This document shows, one piece after another, positions 29,321 to 39,461 of a stretch of DNA of 64,000 nucleotides (position 1 is its first letter; every line of letters starts with the position of its first letter). The notes under the pieces are model-generated. The model made no database searches, was not told where the DNA came from, and saw nothing but the letters and a program-made list of their open reading frames with translations. A program made the position numbers and the translations under genes. Where the stretch lies: the NCBI GenBank assembly GCA_963803435.1, contig CAWDML010000007.1, positions 384,001-448,000 on the forward strand. Direction: 5' to 3'. The stretch is from an uncultured delta proteobacterium (GTDB lineage Bacteria; Myxococcota; Kuafuiibacteriia; Kuafuiibacteriales; Kuafuiibacteriaceae).

Positions 29321-30100
29321 ATGCATCGCCAACGCCCGCCCTTCAGCTCATTCCTCCTCGTTGTCGCCGCCGCCTGCGGCGCGCCGGGCTCGTCCGACGA
29401 CGAGATACCGCGCTCGTCTGCCGGTCTCACCGACTATACGTCACCGTACACGCTCTCCAAGTTTCAGGACGCGCTCGACCACGCCAAGCTCCAGTACGGT
29501 CCCTCGCCGTACGTCGAGGTCGAGATGCCTGCGCTCCAGACGTTCGCCAACTCGAAGTTCTATCTCTCGAGCTGCCGCTACCTGACCTTCTACACCAACA
29601 AGTCCGACGCCGACGACGGCGATCGCACCGAGCTTCGACAACAGCTGGTCGCGGGTGACGACTACGCGAACTGGTACGTCTCCGAGGCCGAGAACCGGAT
29701 GACCGCCACGCTCAAGGTCGCGCAGTCGGACATGAACGAGCTCACGCTTCTCCAAATCCACGACAAGGCGTCGTCACCCAACACGCCGTTGCTGCGGATC
29801 GCCTTCATGAAGTCGTACCGCGGGCAGACGAACCACCTCTGGGCGGTCATCCGGACCAGCTTGTATTCGTCCACGTACGACAAGCTCGACCTCGGGGCCC
29901 TGACCCTCGGCTCGCTCTTCTCGGCGGACATCGAGGTGGCGTCGAGCACGCTGCACCTCACCGCAAACGGTGTGACGATTCAGGAACGGTCGGTCTCCTA
30001 CTGGACCGTACCGAGCTACTTCAAGGCCGGCAGCTATCCGCAGGGGACGGGGATCGGTAAGGCGTACTTCGACCGGCTGGACCTCACGCATGTCGAGTAA
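29321..30100 (+). CDS. Polysaccharide lyase family 7 (alginate lyase-type), probable lipoprotein
   Basis: RTELRQ, QIH, YFKAGSYPQ signature motifs; AAAC lipobox. Confidence 0.9.
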   Translation: MHRQRPPFSSFLLVVAAACGAPGSSDDEIPRSSAGLTDYTSPYTLSKFQDALDHAKLQYGPSPYVEVEMPALQTFANSKFYLSSCRYLTFYTNKSDADDGDRTELRQQLVAGDDYANWYVSEAENRMTATLKVAQSDMNELTLLQIHDKASSPNTPLLRIAFMKSYRGQTNHLWAVIRTSLYSSTYDKLDLGALTLGSLFSADIEVASSTLHLTANGVTIQERSVSYWTVPSYFKAGSYPQGTGIGKAYFDRLDLTHVE

Positions 30101-30113
30101 CGGACAGGCGTGG

Positions 30114-30136
30114 CGCTTACCACGCCCCCGTAACTG
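30114..30136 (+). promoter_or_regulatory. Palindromic operator CGCTTAC-N9-GTAACTG upstream of NlpC/P60 B
   Basis: Centre 44 bp from ATG; -10-like TATCGT ends 6 nt before ATG. Confidence 0.65.
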
Positions 30137-30168
30137 AAGCCTCCAACCCGACCCTGTATCGTCCGCTC

Positions 30169-31125
30169 ATGGCGGTATCAGCGACCGAGCTCAGGATGAG
30201 CCAGCTTCTTCCCTACCTTCAGGGAGACCCCTTCGCAGACGGTGCCTCGATCGACCCCGCGATCCTCGGAGACGACGTCGCCCGGATCGCGAAGAAGGAT
30301 CCCACGCTCAGCGACGGCATCGACAACAAAAAGGAGCTCCAAAAGCTGCTGGAGATGCTGAACCAGAGCGGCGGCGACCTGAACGGCCTGCCCCGCCCGA
30401 GCTTCGACAACCTGGGCGGGATGACCTCTCAGGACATGCTCCAGGCGCTGATCGACTGGATCCAGAGCGGCGGGCCCGACGCGAACAAGAAGACCACGCA
30501 GCCGGCGCCCATCGGGAACCTCACCTCGCCGAGCAACTTCCGCACACAGCCGGCCAGCTGGAACGGCAACACCGGCGGCGGAACCAGCGGCGGTGGAGGT
30601 GGAGGGAGCGGCGGCGGCGCCTCGGCACCGGTGGGCGGTCAGGCCGCGCCGAACACACCCTCGATGGCCTCGAAGGAGATCCCTGCGGACGCGAAGGCCT
30701 TCCTCGACAAGAACAAGTCGAAGATGACGCCCCAGCAGCAGAAGCTGATCGAGAACGCGCTCTCGATGGTGGGCTCGCCCTACGTGTACGGCGGCAAGGC
30801 CGACGCGAGCAACGCGCACCCGAACGGGCTCGATTGTTCAGGCTTCGCGAACTGGGCGACGGGTCGCGCCGGGGGCCAGATGAACCTGGCCACGTCGACG
30901 TCCTCCGGCGGAAAACCGATGGATATGAACACGGCGCTCCATACGCCGGGGGCCATGCTCATCAAGCCGGGTGGGGGCGCGGGCGGCCACATCGTGATCA
31001 GCCTGGGCGACGGCAAGCACACGATCGAGGCGATGGGTACGCAGTACGGCATCGTCGTCGGCAACGTGCGCTCCGAGTTCACGTACGCGGTCGCGCCCAG
31101 CGGCGTACCGCTCAACCAGGTTTAG
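30169..31125 (+). CDS. NlpC/P60 cell-wall peptidase with unannotated N-terminal region (paralog B)
   Basis: GSPYVYGG, LDCSGFANWA, GHIVISLGDGKHTIEAMG; Gly-rich linker; no Sec signal evident. Confidence 0.88.
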   Translation: MAVSATELRMSQLLPYLQGDPFADGASIDPAILGDDVARIAKKDPTLSDGIDNKKELQKLLEMLNQSGGDLNGLPRPSFDNLGGMTSQDMLQALIDWIQSGGPDANKKTTQPAPIGNLTSPSNFRTQPASWNGNTGGGTSGGGGGGSGGGASAPVGGQAAPNTPSMASKEIPADAKAFLDKNKSKMTPQQQKLIENALSMVGSPYVYGGKADASNAHPNGLDCSGFANWATGRAGGQMNLATSTSSGGKPMDMNTALHTPGAMLIKPGGGAGGHIVISLGDGKHTIEAMGTQYGIVVGNVRSEFTYAVAPSGVPLNQV

Positions 31126-31150
31126 CGAGCAGCCCCGCGGAGACTCCCAG

Positions 31151-32569
31151 CTAATACGTCGAGAACGTGCTCCAGCCCGGGTTGAACTGGGCGCCCGCGA
31201 CGGAGCACTGGCACCACGTGTACGCGCCCGTCGGGCTGCAAGCACGCGCGGCAGCTCCCCCTCCGAGGTCGTACGCCCCGTGGATCGCGGCGGCGAGGCG
31301 CAAGGCGAGCGCCGTGAGCTCCGGGTCGGTGGCGTTGTAGCGGGCCCACGCGAACCCGAGTCGGCCATCCGGGTACGGGTGGTTCGTGGACCATGCGCGC
31401 GCCGCGTAGACCTGTCCGCTGACGTGGTGCTGCATCTGATCGAGCGGGATTGCCGTGTTCCCGTACCCATTGCCCGACGAGCTCCACACGGCGTTCATCA
31501 GCGGCACGTAGGCGCGAGAGAAGTACGACCGGGCGGTCGCGGCTTGCGCAGGTCCGACCTCGGCCAGCCGGGCGACGTGCTCCACGTACTCGTTGATGTG
31601 TCCGCTCCGGGCACCGACGGTGGTCCCCGGAACGCAGACGTACGAAGGATCGGCGTAGACCTCCTGCGCCCAGAAGCGGACGTGAAGATTCACGGCGCTC
31701 CAGAAGGAGGCCTCCTCAATCCAGGTCTCGAGCAGAGGCTTGTAGACGGAGAAGTTCACCGTCCCGTGCCCCAGACCGATGGTGAAGACGGTCCCTCTCA
31801 CCGCCGGCGCGCCCGCGGGCCCGTCGAAGAGCCCGTGGACCACGTCGATGACGTTCTGACGGACCGCCGCGTTGCTGCGCACCGACGACGGAAGCTCGTT
31901 GAGGGCCCAGAGGTCGCCCTGGGACACGTCGTAGCCCGCCGCGTCCATCCGCCTCCGAAACTCGACACCTCGGTCGTACCAAGAGCCGGGAGCGTTGGAC
32001 CAGCTGGCCCAGTGAAACTCGGCCATCGCGTGGAACGCCGGACCCTGACTCCGGATCTGTGCCGGCTGACCGCTGCCCCGCGGCTGGGTCTTGTCCGCCG
32101 TGACGGCTGGGATCGAGAGGTAGTAGTCGGCGCAGGGTGACGCGTCGGCCGCGAGCGCGGACGCCAGGATGTTCCATGCGGACTGTGTGTAGAACACCAC
32201 CTCGGCGTGGCGCGGACAGTCCAGCCCGGCGTCGGGCGTCCCCGCCTCCATCGCGCCCGCGTCGTCGGAAACGACGGCGGCGTCTGCCTCTTCGGCCGCG
32301 TCTGCGACCGCGGCCCCATCGGCCGTCTCTTCTGCGTCCTCGACCGCGGCGTCATCCGCCGCCGCGTCGGTGACCTTGGCATCGAGCGTCGCCGCGTCGG
32401 CCGGGGCCGCGTCGAGCCCGACCTCGTCCGGGCCCGTCTCTCCCGCGTCGTCGAGCGCGACGGCAGCATCGACCGCGTCCGCGTCCCGGGCGGACCCGTC
32501 GAGCCCGGGCGACGAACCGCAGCCCACGGCCAGCGCGCACACCCCGATCAGCCACCCTCGCCGCGACAC
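31151..32569 (-). CDS. Hypothetical lipoprotein with an aromatic-rich enzyme-like domain (possibly glycoside hydrolase-like)
   Basis: AVGC lipobox, DA-rich linker, WALNELPS, FWAQEVY; start 32569 or 32593. Confidence 0.7.
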   Translation of the reverse strand: MSRRGWLIGVCALAVGCGSSPGLDGSARDADAVDAAVALDDAGETGPDEVGLDAAPADAATLDAKVTDAAADDAAVEDAEETADGAAVADAAEEADAAVVSDDAGAMEAGTPDAGLDCPRHAEVVFYTQSAWNILASALAADASPCADYYLSIPAVTADKTQPRGSGQPAQIRSQGPAFHAMAEFHWASWSNAPGSWYDRGVEFRRRMDAAGYDVSQGDLWALNELPSSVRSNAAVRQNVIDVVHGLFDGPAGAPAVRGTVFTIGLGHGTVNFSVYKPLLETWIEEASFWSAVNLHVRFWAQEVYADPSYVCVPGTTVGARSGHINEYVEHVARLAEVGPAQAATARSYFSRAYVPLMNAVWSSSGNGYGNTAIPLDQMQHHVSGQVYAARAWSTNHPYPDGRLGFAWARYNATDPELTALALRLAAAIHGAYDLGGGAAARACSPTGAYTWCQCSVAGAQFNPGWSTFSTY

Positions 32570-32605
32570 TGATCGGGAGTATCGGGTGGGCACTGATCGG
32601 CGAGT

Positions 32606-32626
32606 GCTTACACGACGGCTGTAATC
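32606..32626. promoter_or_regulatory. Third TTAC-N9-GTAA site
   Basis: GCTTAC-acgacggct-GTAATC; centre 47 bp from GTG 32569. Confidence 0.55.
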
Positions 32627-32639
32627 GAGTTCGGTACGA

Positions 32640-34979
32640 TCACTGTGCGGGGAGGAAGAAGAGGGTCTGCTGCGACAGCCAGTGCCTGGCGCTGCAGCTC
32701 TGTCGGCAACCGAGGACGTCCTGACCGTACCCGCCGGCGGCTTCGAAGCCGACGGTCGCGTCGAAGGCGCTGGTCGCGGGCGACGTCATCGATCCGTACG
32801 CGATCTCGATCACCCCGCCCGACTCGTGCAGTCGAACCTCCGCGTCGACGCGCGCCCCTGCGTTCCCGTAGCGCGGCACGCCGAGGAACGTGAAGTGCTG
32901 CACGCGATCGGGGCTGACGCCGGTGATCGTCGCCGTGATGGTGGCACCGCCGTGGCCCGCGTCGAGATCGTCCCACCACCACGCGAGCAGCGCGTTGGGA
33001 GGCGTCGCATCGGGGAGCGGGCGGTTGTTGTAATCGTCGATCGGCGCGTCGAAGGCGATGAAGCCGTTGCTGCTGACGTAGGCGATCTGCACCGGTGCGC
33101 CTGCAAAGTAGAACGGGAAGCCGAGCGGAACCGGCGCGATCGCGTCGTCGGCGAGGAGGCCGGGGATCGGAGCGCCGGGTGTCGGGACGAAGCTCGCAGG
33201 GAGGAGGTAGACCTGATAGCCGCTCACGTTCCAGGTGCACTGGCCGCAGGCATCCTCGAAGTCGGCGTTCCCGTCATCGCACGCCTCGACGCCGATCTGG
33301 AGGTAGCCGTCACCGCAGGTGGCGGCCTGACAGGTGTCGATGCAGCCGTCCCAGGCCTGGGCGTTGGCGTCGTCGCAGCCCTCGAACGAGTCCTGGACAC
33401 CGTCGCCGCAGAAGGCGGCGCGACAGGTCGTCCGACAGCCGTCGGGCGCGACGTCCGAGTTGGCGCTCCCGAGGAATCGCACTCCTCTCCCGGCTGCGTG
33501 ACACCGTCGCCGCACGTCGCCGGCGCGAGGCCCTCACCGGACAGCGCCACCTCGACGCGGCTCACTGGCGAGCTCGCGTCGATGACCACCGCCCCGGACG
33601 AGAGCTCGGCGCGAAGCGGCGTGAAGGAGACATCAAGCTCCAGGGACTCGCCGGGGAGCAGCACGATCGAGTCCGAAGGAAGCTGCAGATGAAAGACGGG
33701 AGCCTGCTGCGAGAGGGAGAGCGAGACAGAGCACGAGGCACCGCCCGTGTTGGAGAGGGTGAAGCTGCGCGCGGCCGTCGTTCCGATCGCAACGCCTCCG
33801 AGGCTCACCGACGCCGGCGCGGACAGCGCGCACGCGTTGAGCGCGACGGTCCGGCCGTGCAGCTCGATCGCGGTGGCGTGAACGCCACCATCGTGCAGCG
33901 TCTCGATCGTGAGCGTGGCGCGCGCGTCCGCACCGTTGTTGTCCCCGCAGTAGGTGACGTCGACCGGGACGCGCGCTCGCGGCGGGACCAGGAGGTTCGA
34001 GCCCACCGTGAAGGCCTGCGGCGACGCGCCCACCAGGTAGGGCGTGTTGATGGTGAGCGGACGATCCGTCGCGTTGTCGCAGGGGACGCTCACAGTGGTG
34101 CATCCTCCCGGTGGAGCCGTCACCTCGAGCACCGGCGGCGAGCAGACGAGCGGCGCCGCGACGCTCTCCCCTTCGACGGTCAAGGTGGTCGGGCATCCGT
34201 CCTCGCAGAGCTGAAACGGGATCGATGCCTGGTGGAGCGACGCGAAGCCCACGGGAGCAAAGCGGATCAGGATGGGCGCCTCCGCTCCCGGCGGGAGCAC
34301 CAGCGGCGCTTGCCGAATCCAGCGGAGCGGGCAGGACCACTGTGAACGGGTCGGTGATCGAGGGCGTGCTCCGCACCACGGCTTCTCGGCTCGAGCCGTT
34401 CCGAAGCGTGACCGTCAGCTCGGGAGCATCGAGCGCGAAGCTCGGGCCGAAGGAAGCGCGCGTCGGCACCAGGGAGGCGACGCCCGCCTCCGGAGTCACC
34501 TCGAAGCGGCAGTGGGACGAGCACCCGTCGCCGCCGACGGTGTTCCCGTCGTCGCAGCTCTCCAGGGTGGGATGGAGCCTTCCGTCTCCGCAGATCGCCG
34601 GCGTGAGCAGCGTGATCGAAGCCTCGACGGTCCCGCTCGGAACCTGGGCTTCCAGACCGGCCGAGCCGAGCACGGCTCCGTCGTCGGCGAGCCCGTCGAC
34701 CCTCAGGAGCAGGCGGGTGCCCATGAGCGCGGGGACGAAGTCGATCGGGACCGACAACCTGCGCAGCCCCGGCGGATCGACCGAGAGCGGCACCACCGGC
34801 GTCTCGTGCGCGACCGCGAGGTCGTCACCGATCCGGAGCGCGGTGACGTCGAGGGACGCAATCGGAAGCGTCGAGTCCCAGACCACCTCCAGCACGATCC
34901 GGCGGTCGTCTTCCGGAGCCGCCGTCTGGCAACCGACGAGCAGCACGATCATCGACGATATGCAGGTCCGCTTCCCCAT
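32640..34979 (-). CDS. Surface lipoprotein with Myxococcus Cys-rich (DUF4215) repeats and Ig-like (ASH/choice-of-anchor D) domains; frameshifts ~34300 and ~33470
   Basis: CGDG...E.CDDGN repeats in ORFs 33633, 33224 and 32640; LSNTGG Ig-like strands; LGFPFYFAG..VSSNGFI C-terminal domain. Confidence 0.75.
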
Positions 34980-35193
34980 GACTCTCCCCCCGTCGCGATC
35001 GACGCTAACAGCGAGCGATCGCGCGCGGAATGAGAGGTCGGTTAGGCTTCCGGTGAGCCGATGTGGCCGGCGGCCCGCGTTAAGCGGAAGCGTCGATCAT
35101 CGTCGTGGGGATCAGAAGGTCGCGCTGACACCCGTGATCAATCCAATGACCTTTGGATCGGCGTGGACCGCCGGTTCACAGCCGGCCGATCCA

Positions 35194-37029
35194 TCATCTT
35201 CGCGAGCGGCGCTTCGTCGTTCGCCCGGTCCGCTTCACCGCTCGAGGTCGCGGCGGTTCGGGCGGCGGCACCAGGCGCGGCGGAGGTGGTGGCTTCGGCG
35301 GCGGGTTCTCGAACTGGTACCGAAGCTCCTCGAAGACACATGATCCGTCGACACAGCCGAGACCCGGCAGCGGTGCCGAGAGCGAGAAGTGGCGCCTCCA
35401 GTGCGGTCCCAGGCTCAGCGGCTCGCCGATCGGGCTTCGGCTCTCACCGATCATCGCGTGTGCCATCAGCTTGCCGTCCGAACCGATGCGCAGCCCGAGC
35501 CGCACCTGATCCGTGGTGGTCGACTGGTCGAGCAGCGTCCGTCCCCGCCGCTCGCCGAGCGACCATTCCAGCGTGACCGGCTCCTCCGTGGAGGCGGTCA
35601 GGGCGACGTAGCGATCCTCGGATCCGACCAGGAGGAGCCCCGCCGACGGGCGGGCCTTCGAGCCGACGAGGAACCGCCGCAAGCGTTCGATGAGCGACTC
35701 CTCGCGCGGCACCATGCGCACCTTCACCGAGAGCTCCATCGTCTCCCCCTCGAGGGGCGGAACCATCAGCAAGGCGTGGCCGGCGGGCGCGTCGACGAAA
35801 GGATCGAAGCGCAGCGTGCCACCGTCGAACACCGCCGAGCGTCCATAAGCGAGGGCGAAGACCCGCTCGGTGCCCTCGGCGAGGCGAAGCTCGCTGTCGC
35901 CTCCGCGCACGCTTCGTCGCGCGTTCGTCTCGGCGAAGCCCATCGCCTGATGCGACCCGAGCATCTTCTCCGCCGAGGTCGGCAACGGCTGCTCGTTCGA
36001 GCGTCGCTGCAGATAGAGCACGCCGAGCATCACCAAGCTGCCGGCCACCGTGAGAATTGCGAGCCCGATCGCGATCCGCCGTACCACGCGGCGCGCGGTG
36101 AGGGTCGCGCGCTCGAGCTTCGTGACCGGCCGGCTCGGCAGCGTGGGCATGCTCGGGAGCAGGGCCTCGAGATCGGCGATCATCTCCGCGAGCGTCGGAT
36201 AGCGAGCGGCCGGATCGAGCTCGAGCGCTCGAAGGACGATCGGATCGATCCGCGGGTCGAGCGAGCGGCGCTCCGACGGTGGTTTGTAGGCGCCGATCGG
36301 GAGCTCGCCCACCAGGAGCTCGTAGAGGAGGACGCCGAGGGAGTAGATGTCGGCGCGATGGTCGGCCTCCTTCGCGTTGAGGCGCTGCTCGGGCGCCATG
36401 TACGCGAGCGTTCCCATCGCGATGTTGGTCGCGGTCAGGTGAAAGTGCTCCCTGCCATCGATGAAGGACGCCAGGCCGAAGTCGCTCACCTTGGGCGCTC
36501 CGCCCGCCTGCTCGTCGATGAGGATGTTCTCCGGCTTGAGATCCCGATGAATGATCCCACGCCGATGCGCATGCTCGACACCACGGCAGATGTCGAGGAA
36601 CAGCCGGATCGTCGCCAACGGCTGCTGCTCCCCCGAGGCCATCCGCTCGCGCAGCGACGGCCCAGACACGTGCTCCATCACGAGGTAGTACGTGAAGGAG
36701 GTCGCTCCCTTGTCGACGATCGCCACGATGTTCGGGTGAGAGAGCGCGGCCAGCGCCGCCGCCTCCTTCTCGAAGCGCGCCACGAACGTCTCGTCGCTCG
36801 CGAGCTTCGGCGAGAGCAGCTTGATCGCGACGAGCCGCTCGAGCGAGAGCTGCGTCGCGCGATGCACCTCGCCCATCCCGCCGCGACCGATGAACCCTTC
36901 GAGCCGGTAGCCGGGGATCGAGACCTCACGGAGACCCGAGCTCGTCTCCTCGACCCACTCCACCGGCCCGTCCATCACCGGGATCCTAGCAGCGGGCCCG
37001 AGCGAGGGCGTGCCCCGCTCAACCACCAT
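35194..37029 (-). CDS. Membrane Ser/Thr protein kinase
   Basis: GRGGMG, VAIK, HRDLKPEN, DFG, YMAPEQ; TM helix then extracytoplasmic domain. Confidence 0.92.
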   Translation of the reverse strand: MVVERGTPSLGPAARIPVMDGPVEWVEETSSGLREVSIPGYRLEGFIGRGGMGEVHRATQLSLERLVAIKLLSPKLASDETFVARFEKEAAALAALSHPNIVAIVDKGATSFTYYLVMEHVSGPSLRERMASGEQQPLATIRLFLDICRGVEHAHRRGIIHRDLKPENILIDEQAGGAPKVSDFGLASFIDGREHFHLTATNIAMGTLAYMAPEQRLNAKEADHRADIYSLGVLLYELLVGELPIGAYKPPSERRSLDPRIDPIVLRALELDPAARYPTLAEMIADLEALLPSMPTLPSRPVTKLERATLTARRVVRRIAIGLAILTVAGSLVMLGVLYLQRRSNEQPLPTSAEKMLGSHQAMGFAETNARRSVRGGDSELRLAEGTERVFALAYGRSAVFDGGTLRFDPFVDAPAGHALLMVPPLEGETMELSVKVRMVPREESLIERLRRFLVGSKARPSAGLLLVGSEDRYVALTASTEEPVTLEWSLGERRGRTLLDQSTTTDQVRLGLRIGSDGKLMAHAMIGESRSPIGEPLSLGPHWRRHFSLSAPLPGLGCVDGSCVFEELRYQFENPPPKPPPPPRLVPPPEPPRPRAVKRTGRTTKRRSRR

Positions 37030-37179
37030 GTAGGCGCGGTCGGGGCTGATGCGGATCGCGGCGTTTTCGTGCTTCGCCCACCCCGGCCCGACCGGGGCCG
37101 ATCAGGCCTGTGAGGTCCGCGCGCCCCCTCCTCCTCGAGACCGGCCTGTCCCTCGAAGCGCTGCCCGAGGAGAGGTCGC

Positions 37180-39366
37180 CTACCGGACGACGTTGACCGA
37201 GTTGTCGAGGTAGCGAACCCGGTTCGCGATCCGCTGGAGCGGATAGCCTGCCACCAGGAGCTCGATCCCGGTCGGATTGTCCTTGATGTCACCGTCGCTG
37301 AGCAGGACCGAGGTCTCCGCCTCCAGGTCGAAGAGCTGCTCGACCCGGACGCCGAGCGCGCCGCAGGCCTCGATGCTGAAGCGGAAGATTTCGAGCGAGC
37401 CGCCGTCGGTCGCGGAGGCACACTGCCCGACGCGCGCGGCGCCGTTGGGGTTCATCGTCGTGCACGGAGGCGAAGGCATCGCCCCGGTCAGGTGTACGTC
37501 TCCCGCGCTCAGCATGCAGCCGGCATCCTTCGCCATCAGCCCCCGCCCCCGGGAGTCGACGACCTCGAGCCAATCCACCGTGACGCTGGAGGTCTTGAAC
37601 GCGCAAATCCCGCTGCAGACTTCGCAGTCGTCCAGGCCCGAGTCACGGATCTCGATGTCGTAGAGGCTCGCGCGGGCCCCGTCGATGTCGATCGCCTTGT
37701 TGCCGGTGCGCATCACCGAGACGCGCTCGGCGAGGAGCGTCGTCTCGGGCTCGAGATGGATCCCGTTGGCGAGCCGCCCCTGAAACCCGACGTCGCGGAT
37801 GCTGACATCCGTGAGGACCACCGTGCCGCCCGCCTCGGGGAGATAGATGGCAGACCCGGTCGTGCGCGCCACGATGCTCCGCGAGAGCTCGACCATCGAG
37901 CCGCCGCCGACCCTGACCCCGTTGCCCGGGACCATCTCCGAGCAATCGGGGACGTCGGCCGTGAGGATCGAGCTCGAGACCTGCACGCGGGCGTCGCCGC
38001 TGGTCCGGACGCCCGCGAGGCCGTTGTCGTGAAAATAGGCCAAGCTCACCTCGGCGAAGCCTCCCTGGCCGACGTCGAGACCGGCGGTGGGAGCGTTGCG
38101 GACAATCGCTTGCTGGACGTGGAGATCACCGTCTCCGACCAGGATGGGCGCTGCGTCGAAGACGGCGCGCTGGACCTTCGCACTCCCGCCGCGCACATCG
38201 AGGTTGCCCGTGAGCAGCGTGTCCTCGATGTCCGCGCGACCCCCCACCCTCATCACGCCGGCGCGGCCCCGCGTGAAGGAGAGGTCACCGTCGACCACCG
38301 CGGCATCGACCGAGCTCCCGCGAGCGTCGGCGATGTCGCCGACCGGGATGTGAAGATCTCCCACGGCGGCGCCGGAGGCGAGGATCGGGCCGTCGGCGGC
38401 GTTCACGGTCAAGCCGTCGAGCGTCACCTCGCCCCGTGCGATCACACTCGTGACGACGGTCTGCTCGACACACGCGCCCACCAGGGCGATGTCAATCGGG
38501 ATCGTGACGGTCTCGGCGAAGGTCCCCTTGCCGAGCGCGATGATGGTCTGGGGAGAGGCAACGGCCAGCGCTTCGCCGAGCGAAGCGAAGGGCGCCGCCT
38601 CCGAACCATCTCCGGGCGGCCCTCCCGAGACCGCGTACAGGACGGGCCCTGAGAGCCCCTCGCGGAACATCCCCGCGGGACACGCGGGTCCGACGTGCGA
38701 GCATCCCGCCTCACCGGGGACGGCAATCTCCTCCGGACCGCACGAGGGCATCTCGACCCACGGCGCACACACGCGCGTCCCCTCGACGTCCGTCACGCTC
38801 CAGCCACCGCCGCACGCAGCGAGGTCCGGATCCTGCGGCGGCGACGGCCGGTCGGGCGGCTCCGGGATCGGGCAAGGCCGCAGGCACGCGGAGGGCGTCG
38901 CAGCCGAGAGGTCGTAACATCCGCCATCGTCGATGCAGTCGATGGCGTCGGTCGTTCTCGAGAGGCGTAGCTCGCGGATCCGCTGGCCGAGATCGTCCCG
39001 GAGGATCGGAGAGAACGGCTCGACGACGGCGCCGCGTACCGCGGCCCGCTCCTGCGCGACGGCCGGAGGGATCGGATCTCCTCCCGGATCCTGGACCAGC
39101 TCGCCGGGGTTCAGCCCCAACGACGCGACCGGCGCGGCGTAGAGAAACGCGACCAGCTCGAGGGGATAGGCGCCGACGTACGTGTCGAGGATGGGCACCT
39201 TCAGCGCGCCGCCGACCTCGACGTCCTGAGCGGAGACCCGGAGCTCGTCGCCATCGTCGACGACCAGCAGCACCGATCGGATCTCCGGGCCCACGACCAG
39301 CGAAAGATCGAGCCGCTCCGCCCGGCACCCCGCCAGGACCAGGCAGACTGCGACCGCGCGGCGCAC
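37180..39366 (-). CDS. Lipoprotein with DUF1565-like motif and right-handed beta-helix repeats
   Basis: LAGC; GDGSEAAPFASLGEAL, IALGKGTF, repeating beta-helix turns. Confidence 0.75.
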   Translation of the reverse strand: MRRAVAVCLVLAGCRAERLDLSLVVGPEIRSVLLVVDDGDELRVSAQDVEVGGALKVPILDTYVGAYPLELVAFLYAAPVASLGLNPGELVQDPGGDPIPPAVAQERAAVRGAVVEPFSPILRDDLGQRIRELRLSRTTDAIDCIDDGGCYDLSAATPSACLRPCPIPEPPDRPSPPQDPDLAACGGGWSVTDVEGTRVCAPWVEMPSCGPEEIAVPGEAGCSHVGPACPAGMFREGLSGPVLYAVSGGPPGDGSEAAPFASLGEALAVASPQTIIALGKGTFAETVTIPIDIALVGACVEQTVVTSVIARGEVTLDGLTVNAADGPILASGAAVGDLHIPVGDIADARGSSVDAAVVDGDLSFTRGRAGVMRVGGRADIEDTLLTGNLDVRGGSAKVQRAVFDAAPILVGDGDLHVQQAIVRNAPTAGLDVGQGGFAEVSLAYFHDNGLAGVRTSGDARVQVSSSILTADVPDCSEMVPGNGVRVGGGSMVELSRSIVARTTGSAIYLPEAGGTVVLTDVSIRDVGFQGRLANGIHLEPETTLLAERVSVMRTGNKAIDIDGARASLYDIEIRDSGLDDCEVCSGICAFKTSSVTVDWLEVVDSRGRGLMAKDAGCMLSAGDVHLTGAMPSPPCTTMNPNGAARVGQCASATDGGSLEIFRFSIEACGALGVRVEQLFDLEAETSVLLSDGDIKDNPTGIELLVAGYPLQRIANRVRYLDNSVNVVR

Positions 39367-39461
39367 GCCGCCATTATGACCTCGAGACGTCGCGGGTCAC
39401 AGAGCGTCACCCCTCGGCTTTTGCAGAGACAACTCGTCGCCCACCGCGGTAGGGGGCTCCC

